Of a stretch of 32,396 nt of DNA, positions 16,108-24,556 are shown in pieces. Below the pieces are notes generated by a model. It worked only from the letters and a program-made list of their open reading frames with translations. It was not told the origin of the DNA and made no database searches. Each line of letters begins with the position of its first letter. Position 1 is the stretch's first letter. This DNA is from a virus (Duplodnaviria > Caudoviricetes), in the IMG/VR virus record IMGVR_UViG_3300024331_000069, positions 1-32,396 of that record, one strand, 5' to 3'. A program made the position numbers and the translations under genes.

Positions 16108-18720
16108 GTGGCTGAGCGCACCGTCGCGGTCAACCTCATCATGCGGGTGGCCGGCACGAAGGCCGCCCTCGGCACGGTGGTGGCCTCGGCCAAGGATGCC
16201 CGCACCGAGTTGGAGCAGTTGCGGGTGAAGGGTAGCGCCGGGTTCCAGTCAATCCAGACGGGTGCGCTCGCGGCCGGTACGGCGTTGGCGGCGTTGGCCG
16301 GGTGGGCGGTCAAGTCGGCGATGGAGTTCGACAAGCAGATGTCGGCGGTGCAGGCGGTCAGCCTGGCGTCGGCGTCGGACATGGACAAGCTCCGCAAGGC
16401 CGCTCTCGCCGCCGGCGAGACGTCGATCTTCAGCGCGACCCAGGCCGCGGAGGCCGAGACCGAACTCGCCCGCGCGGGCATCGGTACCGCCGACATCCTC
16501 GGCGGCGCGCTGAAGGGCTCGCTGGCGCTGGCCGCGGCCGGCCAGATCGACCTGGCCGAAGCGGCCACGGTCACCACCCAGGCCATGACCATCTTCGGGC
16601 TGAAGGCCAGCGACGCCGGCCACATCGCCGATGTACTCGCGGCCGGCGCGAACAAGTCCGTCACCGACGTGCACGACCTGGCGCTCGGCATGCGCATGGC
16701 CGGTACCGGCGCGGCACTGTTTGGGATGACCCTGGAGGAGACGGTCGGCGCCCTGTCGCTGTTCGCGCAGAACGCGCTGCGCGGCTCGGACGGCGGCACG
16801 TCGTTGAAGCAGATGCTGATCCAGATCGCCTCGCCGAGCAAGATCGCGGCAGCGGAGATGCAGCAGCTCGGGCTGAAGTTCTACGACGCGCAGGGCAAGT
16901 TCATCGGCCTGGCCAAGCTCGCCGAGCTGCTGCGGGACAAGCTTGGCGGGCTCACCGACCAGCAGCGGCAGAAGACCCTGGCGGACGTGTTCGGTTCCGA
17001 CGCGATGCGCGCGGCGAACATCCTGTACCAGACCGGCGCCAAGGGTGTCGACGAGTGGACCGCCGCCGTCGACGACGCCGGCGCGGCGCAGCGCACTGCC
17101 TCGGCGATGACCGACAACCTTGCCGGGGACCTCAAGAAGCTTCGCGGCCAACTGAACGCCCTGTTCATTGAGTCGGGTGAGGGCAGTACCGGCGGGCTGC
17201 GGCTGATTACGGAAGCGCTCGGCCATCTGGTCGGAACGTTCAACGACCTGCCGGGCCCGGTGAAGACCGCGGCAATCCTGCTCGCCGGCATCTCCGGTGC
17301 GGTCCTGCTCCTCGCCGTCGGCTGGCTGAAGGCCGGCAAGACGATGGCGGCCACCGTCGAGGCGATGCGCGCCGCCGGCCCGGTTATCGGCAAGGCGGCG
17401 ACGGCCCTGGAGTTCGCCAGCAAATGGGCCGGCCGGGCCGCGATCGCGTTCGGCCTTCTGGAGGTCGCGTCAAGCGCCCTCGACATGCTCGACCGGAACA
17501 CCGTCAACCTTGATGCGCTGACCACGTCACTGAAGGAGTTCAGTGCGACCGGCAAGGTCAGTGGTGAGATGGCCGCCCATTTCGGTGGGGACATGTCGAA
17601 GTTCACCACCGACATCGCCATCGCCACCTCGGGTGCGCGCGGCTTCGTCGGTGTCATGGAGGGCATGCCGCTGGGCATCGGCAGCCTGCAGAAGGCGCTG
17701 GACAAGTGGAAGTCCGGCGACTCGCTGAAGGACGCCAACGAGAACATCAAGACCCTCGACGACCAACTGACCGCGCTGGTGAAGAGCGGGGACCTGGCGG
17801 CGGCGCGTGGCGGGTTCGCCCGGCTGTTGCAGATGTCGGGTGTCTCCGCCACGGAGCTGATCAAACTGTTCCCGCAATACTCGGCGGCGATCACCGAAGC
17901 GGAGAAGCACACCGTCGACCTCGCCGGCGCGACGAACGATGCGCAGCGCGCCGGCAAGCTGATGGCCGACACTCTTGACGACGAGATCGACAAGGGCATG
18001 AAGCTGATCGACGTGTGGCAGGGCATGCACGGCGAGATGGCCACCACCGACTCGAAGATGCTGGACGCGAAGAAAGCCATCGCCGCACTCGGCGACACGT
18101 TCGCGAAGAACAAGGAGCAGGTCAAGGGCAACACGATCGCCGCACTGGAGAACCGGACCGCGCTGGAGGCAGCGGCGGAGAAGGCAGCCGATTCGGCGTC
18201 GGCATACCTGGACCAGACCGGTGATGTGGCCGGCGCCGCAGCGATGATGAAGCAGTACGAGGCCGACGCGGTCGCGGCGACCAAGGCGACCGGCAAGAAC
18301 AAGGAAGCGGTCAAGGCCCTCGCCGATCAGCTGTTCCAGCTCCCAGCCTCGAAGACCGTGACGATCCAGCTGAAGTTCCAGGGCGTCATCGCCGAGGTGA
18401 AGTCCGCGATCCAGGGCGTGATCAACGCCATCCCGAAGTCGGCGACAAAGCACGCCGCCGGTGGTTGGGACGCGCCCGGTTGGAACCAGTACGGCGAGCA
18501 GGGTCCCGAGTTGCACTGGTCCCCCGGTGGCGGTGCGGCCGGCTACACGGTCCCCGCGGCGCAGTCCGCGCGGATAATGTCCGGCGGTGGCGGCACTCGC
18601 CCGGTGGTGAACGTCACGGTGCACGTGGACCCGGTCGACGGCCGGGTACGCAAGGTTCTGATCCAGGATGCTGAGGGGCGCGGCATCCCGGCCGGGCAGA
18701 TCCGGGTGGCGCACCCGTGA
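16108..18720 (+). CDS. Tape measure protein (TP901-family core)
   Basis: FDKQMSAVQAV, FSATQAAEA, IADVLAAGAN, GSDGGTSLK, MTDNLAGDL; 870 aa, Ala-rich and helical. Confidence 0.95.
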   Translation: MAERTVAVNLIMRVAGTKAALGTVVASAKDARTELEQLRVKGSAGFQSIQTGALAAGTALAALAGWAVKSAMEFDKQMSAVQAVSLASASDMDKLRKAALAAGETSIFSATQAAEAETELARAGIGTADILGGALKGSLALAAAGQIDLAEAATVTTQAMTIFGLKASDAGHIADVLAAGANKSVTDVHDLALGMRMAGTGAALFGMTLEETVGALSLFAQNALRGSDGGTSLKQMLIQIASPSKIAAAEMQQLGLKFYDAQGKFIGLAKLAELLRDKLGGLTDQQRQKTLADVFGSDAMRAANILYQTGAKGVDEWTAAVDDAGAAQRTASAMTDNLAGDLKKLRGQLNALFIESGEGSTGGLRLITEALGHLVGTFNDLPGPVKTAAILLAGISGAVLLLAVGWLKAGKTMAATVEAMRAAGPVIGKAATALEFASKWAGRAAIAFGLLEVASSALDMLDRNTVNLDALTTSLKEFSATGKVSGEMAAHFGGDMSKFTTDIAIATSGARGFVGVMEGMPLGIGSLQKALDKWKSGDSLKDANENIKTLDDQLTALVKSGDLAAARGGFARLLQMSGVSATELIKLFPQYSAAITEAEKHTVDLAGATNDAQRAGKLMADTLDDEIDKGMKLIDVWQGMHGEMATTDSKMLDAKKAIAALGDTFAKNKEQVKGNTIAALENRTALEAAAEKAADSASAYLDQTGDVAGAAAMMKQYEADAVAATKATGKNKEAVKALADQLFQLPASKTVTIQLKFQGVIAEVKSAIQGVINAIPKSATKHAAGGWDAPGWNQYGEQGPELHWSPGGGAAGYTVPAAQSARIMSGGGGTRPVVNVTVHVDPVDGRVRKVLIQDAEGRGIPAGQIRVAHP

Positions 18721-20177
18721 GCGTGACCACGTTCTGGGGTTCGATCCTGACGGTGCGGGTGTCGTCGGCGGCGCCGGACGCGGACCCGCCGGTGTGGGTG
18801 GACATCTCCGACTTCGTGACGCTGCGCTCGGGTGACCTTGAGATCGCCTCTGGCCGGCAGACGGTGCTGGTCGGTGACGACCCGGCGCAGGCGATGTTCG
18901 CGCTCAACAACGACGATCACCGGTTCACGCCGGGGAATCCGTTGTCGCCGTACTTCCCGTGGTGGAAGGAAGCCCGCAGGATCTCAATCCAGGAGCGGGT
19001 CGGCGGGGTCACGTTCGACCTGTTCGACGGCAACATCCAGGTCCCCGGGGTGGAGGCGGTCACCGACCCGGTCGACGGGCAGGGCACTGAGTTGACCGTG
19101 GGGATCTCGGCCATGGACCGGCTGGCCCGCCTGCAGACCGCCCGGCCGTTCCCGTCAACCGTCGGCGCGCAAATCCTCAGCAGCGCAGCGGCGCCCGCGC
19201 TGCGCGCGTACTTCCCGTTGAGTGAGGCTGTCGGGCCGTTCTACCGCCCGGTCGTGGGGACTGTCGACCCGCTCGAAGAGGCGCCCATAGTCGTCGCGGA
19301 CCCGACAGCTGTGGCGTCCGCTGACGGCTTCGCAGCAGCTTCTGGCGGGCCGATCGCCGCCAACGACGTCCGGGTCGTCAGCTTCGCGCCGCAGATGAAA
19401 CTGTCCGGGGCGACCTACTCGCCGATCGCCTACACGCAGCTGGTCACGAACTTCGGCGCGGGGACGGTCGCTGCGAACAGTGTGATCTCGATGGCGGTCT
19501 GGGTGTCACCCGACCCGGCCAGTCTGGACGCGCAATGGCGGGTCGCCGAACTGGGTTTCAGCAATGGCCTCAGTGGCGGGTTCCTGCGACTGCGCCGCAC
19601 CGACTCGACCGAGTCGCCGGGCGGGGTGTGGAAGGCGTTCTTCGCCGACGACTTCAGCGCGGTCTGGTCAGCCAGCGCGTACGGCGTGCACGCCGGCGCC
19701 AAGCCGACCCTGCTTGCCATCCGGGCGGACCTGCTCGCCAACACGATGAGCCTGTTCGTGGACGGCACCGAGTACCCGGCGACCGTCACCGGAACCATGG
19801 TCACCTCGGGGCTTCTGTCCGCGCTGAACGTCGGCTATGCCTTCACGGGCGCGATGGGCGACCTGCAGATCTACGTCGGTACGCAGGCCGTCAACTACGA
19901 CCTCGCCGCGCACCGGGCCCAACTCGCGGTTGGCTTCTACGCCCTGGACCAGCAGTACACCGGGCAGCGGATCCACACGATCCTCGACTACGCCGGGGTG
20001 CCCGCATCGCTGCGCGACATCGACCCCGGGGTGGCGGTCATGTCGCCGGTCAGCCTCGCCGGGAAGACCCCGGGCACCGCCCTGGAAGAGGCCCGGCGCA
20101 CCGAGCAGGGCCGCCTGTTCATGTCCGGCAACGGCCGGGTCCAGTTCCGTGACCGCACCCGCCTCTACAACGTCTAG
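18717..20177 (+). CDS. Minor tail protein (distal tail/hub-like, with an internal LamG/ConA-like segment)
   Basis: WVDISDFV, FALNNDDHRFTPGN, AYFPLSE, LFVDG, EQGRLFMSGNGRVQFRDR; follows the tape measure. Confidence 0.75.
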   Translation: MSVTTFWGSILTVRVSSAAPDADPPVWVDISDFVTLRSGDLEIASGRQTVLVGDDPAQAMFALNNDDHRFTPGNPLSPYFPWWKEARRISIQERVGGVTFDLFDGNIQVPGVEAVTDPVDGQGTELTVGISAMDRLARLQTARPFPSTVGAQILSSAAAPALRAYFPLSEAVGPFYRPVVGTVDPLEEAPIVVADPTAVASADGFAAASGGPIAANDVRVVSFAPQMKLSGATYSPIAYTQLVTNFGAGTVAANSVISMAVWVSPDPASLDAQWRVAELGFSNGLSGGFLRLRRTDSTESPGGVWKAFFADDFSAVWSASAYGVHAGAKPTLLAIRADLLANTMSLFVDGTEYPATVTGTMVTSGLLSALNVGYAFTGAMGDLQIYVGTQAVNYDLAAHRAQLAVGFYALDQQYTGQRIHTILDYAGVPASLRDIDPGVAVMSPVSLAGKTPGTALEEARRTEQGRLFMSGNGRVQFRDRTRLYNV

Positions 20178-20188
20178 GAGACGCGCCC

Positions 20189-20758
20189 ATGAGCTTTCAG
20201 AGCTGGCAGGAGACGCTGATCGTCGCCAAGAGCGACGGTACCGCGCTCACCGCGTCCGTCACGGCGACGTCGATCCTGCCTGCCGCCGCCCGTTGCACCA
20301 TCCCGGCCGGGTTCATGCAACCCGGCAAGACGGTGCGGCTCACCGCCCGCGGGCGTGTATCGAACATCGTTACCACCCCAGGCACGCTGACCCTCGACGT
20401 ACGCATGGGCCCGACCAGCAACATCATCGTCTGGAACGGCGGGGCGATGGCGCTCAACATCGTCGCCAAGACGAACGTCACCTGGGACTTCGACGTCTTG
20501 CTGACCTGCCGCGCTGAGGGTTCCGGCACCAGCGCGAACCTCATGGGCATCGGCCAGTTCACCTCCGAATCAGTCATCGGGTCACCGCTGCCCAGCGCTG
20601 GCGGCGCCGGCACGCTGCTGCTGCCATCAAGCGCCCCCGCCGTAGGCACCGGCTTCGACTCGACCGTCGCGATGGTCGTCGACCTGTTCGCGACTTGGTC
20701 GCTGAACAACGCCAACAGCATCCAGGTCCACCAGTACATGCTCGAAGCTCTGAACTGA
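20189..20758 (+). CDS. Minor tail/virion protein
   Basis: SD AGGAG; 189 aa beta-rich within the tail-tip cluster. Confidence 0.65.
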   Translation: MSFQSWQETLIVAKSDGTALTASVTATSILPAAARCTIPAGFMQPGKTVRLTARGRVSNIVTTPGTLTLDVRMGPTSNIIVWNGGAMALNIVAKTNVTWDFDVLLTCRAEGSGTSANLMGIGQFTSESVIGSPLPSAGGAGTLLLPSSAPAVGTGFDSTVAMVVDLFATWSLNNANSIQVHQYMLEALN

Positions 20759-21390
20759 TGCCGGGTTCGCAGTCGCCCGGGTTCTCGCCCCCGCGCTGGC
20801 CGCGATTCGGAACCGCGCCAGCGGCGCCGGCGGTCGGTGGGCTCGCGCCGCTGCCCGTCGAGATCCCCTACCTGTGGATTTCACCCGGCGTGCAGTGGCG
20901 GTCCGACCGGCCGTATACGTCGGCCGCGGTCAGCCAGACCGGCGGCGCCACCGCATACGACTCCAACCCGGCCAGCTACGGCGAGTACGGCGACAACCTG
21001 TTCTCCGCGACCCTCGACACGGCCCTGGCCGCGGACCCGGCGGCGCTCGCGTCGATGGCCATGGACTACTACGCCACCCAACCGGGCGCGGTACCACGGC
21101 AGCGGTTCGTGACGTTGCTGCTGGTTCTGAACAACCGCACCGTCGCCGAGCAGCAGCGGATCCTGGCCATCGACAAAGGCCAGCGGATCGTCGTCACCGG
21201 GCCGCCGGCCACCTGGCCGCAGGGTCTGTACTCGCAGATCGTCGAGGGCATCACCCACAGCATCGGCGCCGAGGCGCGGGTCGTGGCGCTGATCACCTCG
21301 CCAGTCATCGGGACCACCCCAGGCGTGCCGGGTCCGTGGTTCCGGCTCGGCACCTCCGCGCTCGGCGGCACCGACGTGAGCCCGTTCTGA
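20758..21390 (+). CDS. Minor tail protein (resembles the C-terminal half of a hub protein)
   Basis: TGATG coupling; SYGEYG, GQRIVVTG, IVEGITHSI, FRLGTSALGGTD. Confidence 0.7.
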   Translation: MPGSQSPGFSPPRWPRFGTAPAAPAVGGLAPLPVEIPYLWISPGVQWRSDRPYTSAAVSQTGGATAYDSNPASYGEYGDNLFSATLDTALAADPAALASMAMDYYATQPGAVPRQRFVTLLLVLNNRTVAEQQRILAIDKGQRIVVTGPPATWPQGLYSQIVEGITHSIGAEARVVALITSPVIGTTPGVPGPWFRLGTSALGGTDVSPF

Positions 21391-21400
21391 TGGAGGTGCC

Positions 21401-21946
21401 GTGCCCGCACTGCCGGTGATCCCGACCTTTGTGGACGGTGTGCTCAGCTCCACCACCGACAACCAGTTGGCGGCGGCGGTCGCGTTCCTGTTCACGCCGC
21501 CGCGCGCCCGGCTGGTGCAGACCGTGGCGCAGTCGCTGACCACGTCGGTGTGGGCTGCGGCCACATTCGACGCGGAAGTCTTCGACCTGTTCCCGGCCGG
21601 GTACGGCGCTACCGGTGGGCACTCGACCTCCAGCAACACGTCGCGGTATACGTGCGAGTTCCCCGGCACGTACTTGCTGTCCGGCAACGGGTCGTTCGCG
21701 AACAACGCCACCGGCATCCGGGCTACCCGGTGGGCGGTCAACGGGACCGCGGTCAACGCCACCGCGTCCGGGACGACCGCGCTCACCGGCAACCCGACCT
21801 CGGTCGGCGCGGCAGGGTTTTCGGTTGTCCTCGCTGTCGGCGACTACGTGGAGCTGCAACTGTTCCAGTCGTCCGGCGGCGCGTTGAACACGTCCGTGTC
21901 CGGCGCGGATGAGTCGTCAATGTCGGTCCTGTTCGTCGGCGCATAG
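21401..21946 (+). CDS. Minor tail protein / candidate receptor-binding protein (C1q/TNF-like fold)
   Basis: SD GGAGGT; FDAEVFD...SRYTCEFPGTYLL...GDYVELQLFQSSGGAL. Confidence 0.65.
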   Translation: MPALPVIPTFVDGVLSSTTDNQLAAAVAFLFTPPRARLVQTVAQSLTTSVWAAATFDAEVFDLFPAGYGATGGHSTSSNTSRYTCEFPGTYLLSGNGSFANNATGIRATRWAVNGTAVNATASGTTALTGNPTSVGAAGFSVVLAVGDYVELQLFQSSGGALNTSVSGADESSMSVLFVGA

Positions 21947-21955
21947 GAGGCGACC

Positions 21956-22882
21956 GTGACCGTCTTCGGTGTCGACTACGCCTTCAGCAACCCATCCCCG
22001 GTCGGGCTGTTCGCCGCCGGGAAGCGGTTCGCGATGCGCTACGTCGGGCCGGGCAGCGCGCCGAAGCACCTGACCGCTGCCGAGCGGGACAAGATCTGGG
22101 CGGCCGGGCTGGACATCGTCCTACTCGCCGAGGGCAACACCTCCGACGCGCTGCAGGGCCACGCGCTCGGCGTCGCACACGCCCGGTCCGCCCGGGCCGC
22201 GGCGACCGCGCTCGGCGCACCCCGGGCCCAGCCGATCTACTACGCCGTCGACTTCCAGGTCACCGCAGCCCAGTGGCCGAAGGTCCGCGACTACCTGCAG
22301 GGCGCTGCTGCCGCGGACGGTGGGGTCGACCAGGTCGGGGTGTACGGCAGCTACAACGCGATGGCGTGGGCGTCCCACGACGGAGCCGCAGCCTGGTTCT
22401 TCCAGACCTACGCCTGGTCGGGCGGGAAGTGGTTCGCCGGCAACGACGTCGAGCAGTACCGCAACGGTGTGGCGCTGGCCGGCGGCGACGTGGACCTGTG
22501 CCGGGCGAAGGTGCCCAACTACGGGCAGTGGGTGCGACCCGGGGTCCCGGGCCCGCCATCGACTTCAGGAGGTACCGACGTGGAACTCAAGGATCGTGTG
22601 GCGTTGCCCGCCGCCGCGTACCCGGAACTGAAGGGCCAGACCTCGGCGCAGGTGTCCGACATCCTCGCCTACGACTTCGCCCGGCTGGTCCGCATCGAGG
22701 CCGCTGTGGCCGCCCTCGGCGCCCGCGCAGCCACGGACCTTGACACCGTTCGGGCGGACATCGCCGCGGTGCTGGCAGCCGAGCACAACGACCCGGGCAC
22801 GGGCACGGTCATCATGGAAGCGGATCGCCAGCGCATCGCCGCGGCCGTGGTGGACCTGCTCGCTGCCCGCGTAGCCACCTGA
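21956..22882 (+). CDS. Endolysin, DUF1906 / GH25-like glycoside hydrolase
   Basis: GVDYA, FAMRYV, IYYAVDF, VGVYGS, FFQTYAWSGG, DVDL; Pro/Gly linker then a helical C-domain; followed by membrane-protein genes. Confidence 0.88.
   Translation: MTVFGVDYAFSNPSPVGLFAAGKRFAMRYVGPGSAPKHLTAAERDKIWAAGLDIVLLAEGNTSDALQGHALGVAHARSARAAATALGAPRAQPIYYAVDFQVTAAQWPKVRDYLQGAAAADGGVDQVGVYGSYNAMAWASHDGAAAWFFQTYAWSGGKWFAGNDVEQYRNGVALAGGDVDLCRAKVPNYGQWVRPGVPGPPSTSGGTDVELKDRVALPAAAYPELKGQTSAQVSDILAYDFARLVRIEAAVAALGARAATDLDTVRADIAAVLAAEHNDPGTGTVIMEADRQRIAAAVVDLLAARVAT
22567..22582 (+). promoter_or_regulatory. Internal SD plus in-frame GTG within the endolysin
   Basis: AGGAGGT (22567-22573), 6 nt spacer, GTG at 22580 in frame at the end of the linker. 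Confidence 0.6.
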
Positions 22883-22889
22883 CCCGACC

Positions 22890-23324
22890 ATGGCCGGAGC
22901 CCACCGAAGCCCGGACCGCACCGGCTGGGTAACCCTCAGCGACCACCTCGCCGCGCTGCATATCGAGCGGGAGAAGTTCCAGACCGAGCGCGACCGTCGC
23001 TACGCCGAGGTCAGCGTCGAACGCGAGAAGGCACTGAAGATCAAGGAAGTCGCGGACCTCGCCGCGCTGCAACTGGCCCGCGAGATCCAGACGTACAAGG
23101 ACGAGAAGGCGAATCAACTGCGCGAGCAGATCGGCTCCGAGCGCGGCCACTACGCCAGCAAAGACGACCTCGCCAATGCGGTCGGCAAGCTTGACGCCAC
23201 CCTTACGCCCGTCCTTGAGTTCGTGTCCCGCCAGGGCGGACGTTCGTCCGGCGCAAGTGCGCTGTGGGGCTACATCGTCGGCGCCGTGGGTGTGGCCCTG
23301 GCCTTGTACGCCGCGCTCCGCTAG
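22890..23324 (+). CDS. Coiled-coil protein with a C-terminal TM helix (lysis cassette)
   Basis: Charged helical body; ends ALWGYIVGAVGVALALYAALR. Confidence 0.75.
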   Translation: MAGAHRSPDRTGWVTLSDHLAALHIEREKFQTERDRRYAEVSVEREKALKIKEVADLAALQLAREIQTYKDEKANQLREQIGSERGHYASKDDLANAVGKLDATLTPVLEFVSRQGGRSSGASALWGYIVGAVGVALALYAALR

Positions 23325-23380
23325 GCACTACCCGCGGCCCAGTCCTCGCCGTGGCACAGCACAACCCGAGGCGGCTCGCC

Positions 23381-23740
23381 ATGACGCTTGATCAATGGCA
23401 GGCCCTGGGGATTGTCTGCGGTGCGCTGCTGGCGCTGTTCGCACTCGTGAAGGTCATCTACCGGAGGGCGGCCCAGCCTATGTGGCGTGCCGTTAAGACG
23501 TGGACCCGTGTCGCCGAGGACCTGCTTGGCGACACCGACCGGGGCGTGCCGTCGCTGATGGACCGGCTCAAGAGCCTCGACGAGTCGCAGCGCGCGCTGG
23601 CGGACCAGCAGACCGACCTCGGCCGGCAGCTCGCCGAGCACCTGGAATGGCACAGCGGACCCGGTGGGGTACCCGCCAGCCCGGCCCCGGCCCGCCCCAA
23701 CGGCGGTACCACCACACACCGCCGAGTCCGGGAGGGCTGA
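23381..23740 (+). CDS. Membrane protein with an N-terminal TM helix (lysis cassette)
   Basis: ATG at 23381 after GAGG; ALGIVCGALLALFALVKVIY then a coiled coil. Confidence 0.75.
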   Translation: MTLDQWQALGIVCGALLALFALVKVIYRRAAQPMWRAVKTWTRVAEDLLGDTDRGVPSLMDRLKSLDESQRALADQQTDLGRQLAEHLEWHSGPGGVPASPAPARPNGGTTTHRRVREG

Positions 23741-24036
23741 TGGTCCGCACGCTGCCCACCACCCAGTCCCGCCACCCGTGGCGGGCCGTCACCCGTACGG
23801 TGTTCGCCACCCTTGTCGGGCTGCTGCCGTTGGTGCCGGAGATCCTCGCCGGAGCGCACCTCGGGTCGACCGCCACCGGGGCGCAGACCATCGCGATCGC
23901 CGGGGCCATCACGCGCCTGCTGGCCCGCCCGGACGTTGAGGCGCTGCTGCACCGCGTCGCCCCGTGGCTCGCCGCCCAGCCCGACCCGGCCCTGACCCCG
24001 CCGACCATGCCCGCCGACAAGACCCTGATGAGGTAG
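23740..24036 (+). CDS. Holin-like membrane protein
   Basis: TGATG coupling, SD GGAGG; HPWRAVTRTVF...AGAITRLLA...PWL with two hydrophobic segments. Confidence 0.65.
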   Translation: MVRTLPTTQSRHPWRAVTRTVFATLVGLLPLVPEILAGAHLGSTATGAQTIAIAGAITRLLARPDVEALLHRVAPWLAAQPDPALTPPTMPADKTLMR

Positions 24037-24038
24037 CC

Positions 24039-24208
24039 GTGTTCGCGATCGCCGCAGCAGTTGTGTTCTTTCTCGGCCTGCTCAAGGTCGCCCTGGGTTC
24101 GATCAACCTGTTGTTCCTCGGCCTGGCTTGATCGCCATGCACCTGTGGCTCGGCACGATCGGCTACGGCGGCGCGCTCCCGTGGCGGCGCGGCAACCCGA
24201 ACCCGTGA
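24039..24208 (+). pseudogene. Small two-TM membrane protein interrupted by a 1-nt frameshift (or a sequencing error)
   Basis: MFAIAAAVVFFLGLLKVALGSINLLFLGLA stops at 24129-24131; the hydrophobic sequence continues in the -1 frame as LIAMHLWLGTIGYGGALPWRRGNPNP to TGA 24208. Confidence 0.6.
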
Positions 24209-24396
24209 CCATGCTCGACGAGGTAGCGCTGTGCTCGCACCGCTGGCGTGACGCCGTCGGTCATGAGCACCATTGCGCCGGCCTCATCCAGGCCGGGTGC
24301 CGCCACGAGTGCCGGTGCTGCTGCGGCGCGCTCGACTACACCCAGTGGGACCTGCCCGCACGCCGGACGGCATGGCTACGTCGCCGTCGCAGGTGA
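24205..24396 (+). CDS. Small Cys/His-rich protein
   Basis: GTGA coupling (or ATG 24211); CSHRW...HEHHC...CRHECRCCC. Confidence 0.55.
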   Translation: MTMLDEVALCSHRWRDAVGHEHHCAGLIQAGCRHECRCCCGALDYTQWDLPARRTAWLRRRRR

Positions 24397-24397
24397 A

Positions 24398-24416
24398 TTG
24401 ACAGATCGTCTATCAA
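24398..24416. promoter_or_regulatory. Operator-like imperfect palindrome containing TTGACA
   Basis: TTGACAGA-TCG-TCTATCAA, 7 of 8 positions symmetric; AT-rich in a GC-rich context. Confidence 0.45.
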
Positions 24417-24435
24417 GCTTCTCCCCTTCCCCCGC

Positions 24436-24481
24436 CGCGGCCCCGGACCAGCTCGCACCTGGTCTGGGGCCGCGCTTGTTT
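24436..24481 (+). terminator. Intrinsic terminator ending the late/lysis operon
   Basis: 16-bp stem CGCGGCCCCGGACCAG / CTGGTCTGGGGCCGCG (one G-U), 7-nt loop, followed by CTTGTTT. Confidence 0.7.
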
Positions 24482-24556
24482 CGTCACCGGCCAACCGGCG
24501 GGTGAGCACCACCCCGCCCCGAGACCACGGGCGGCCAACCGAAGGAGCAAGGCACC

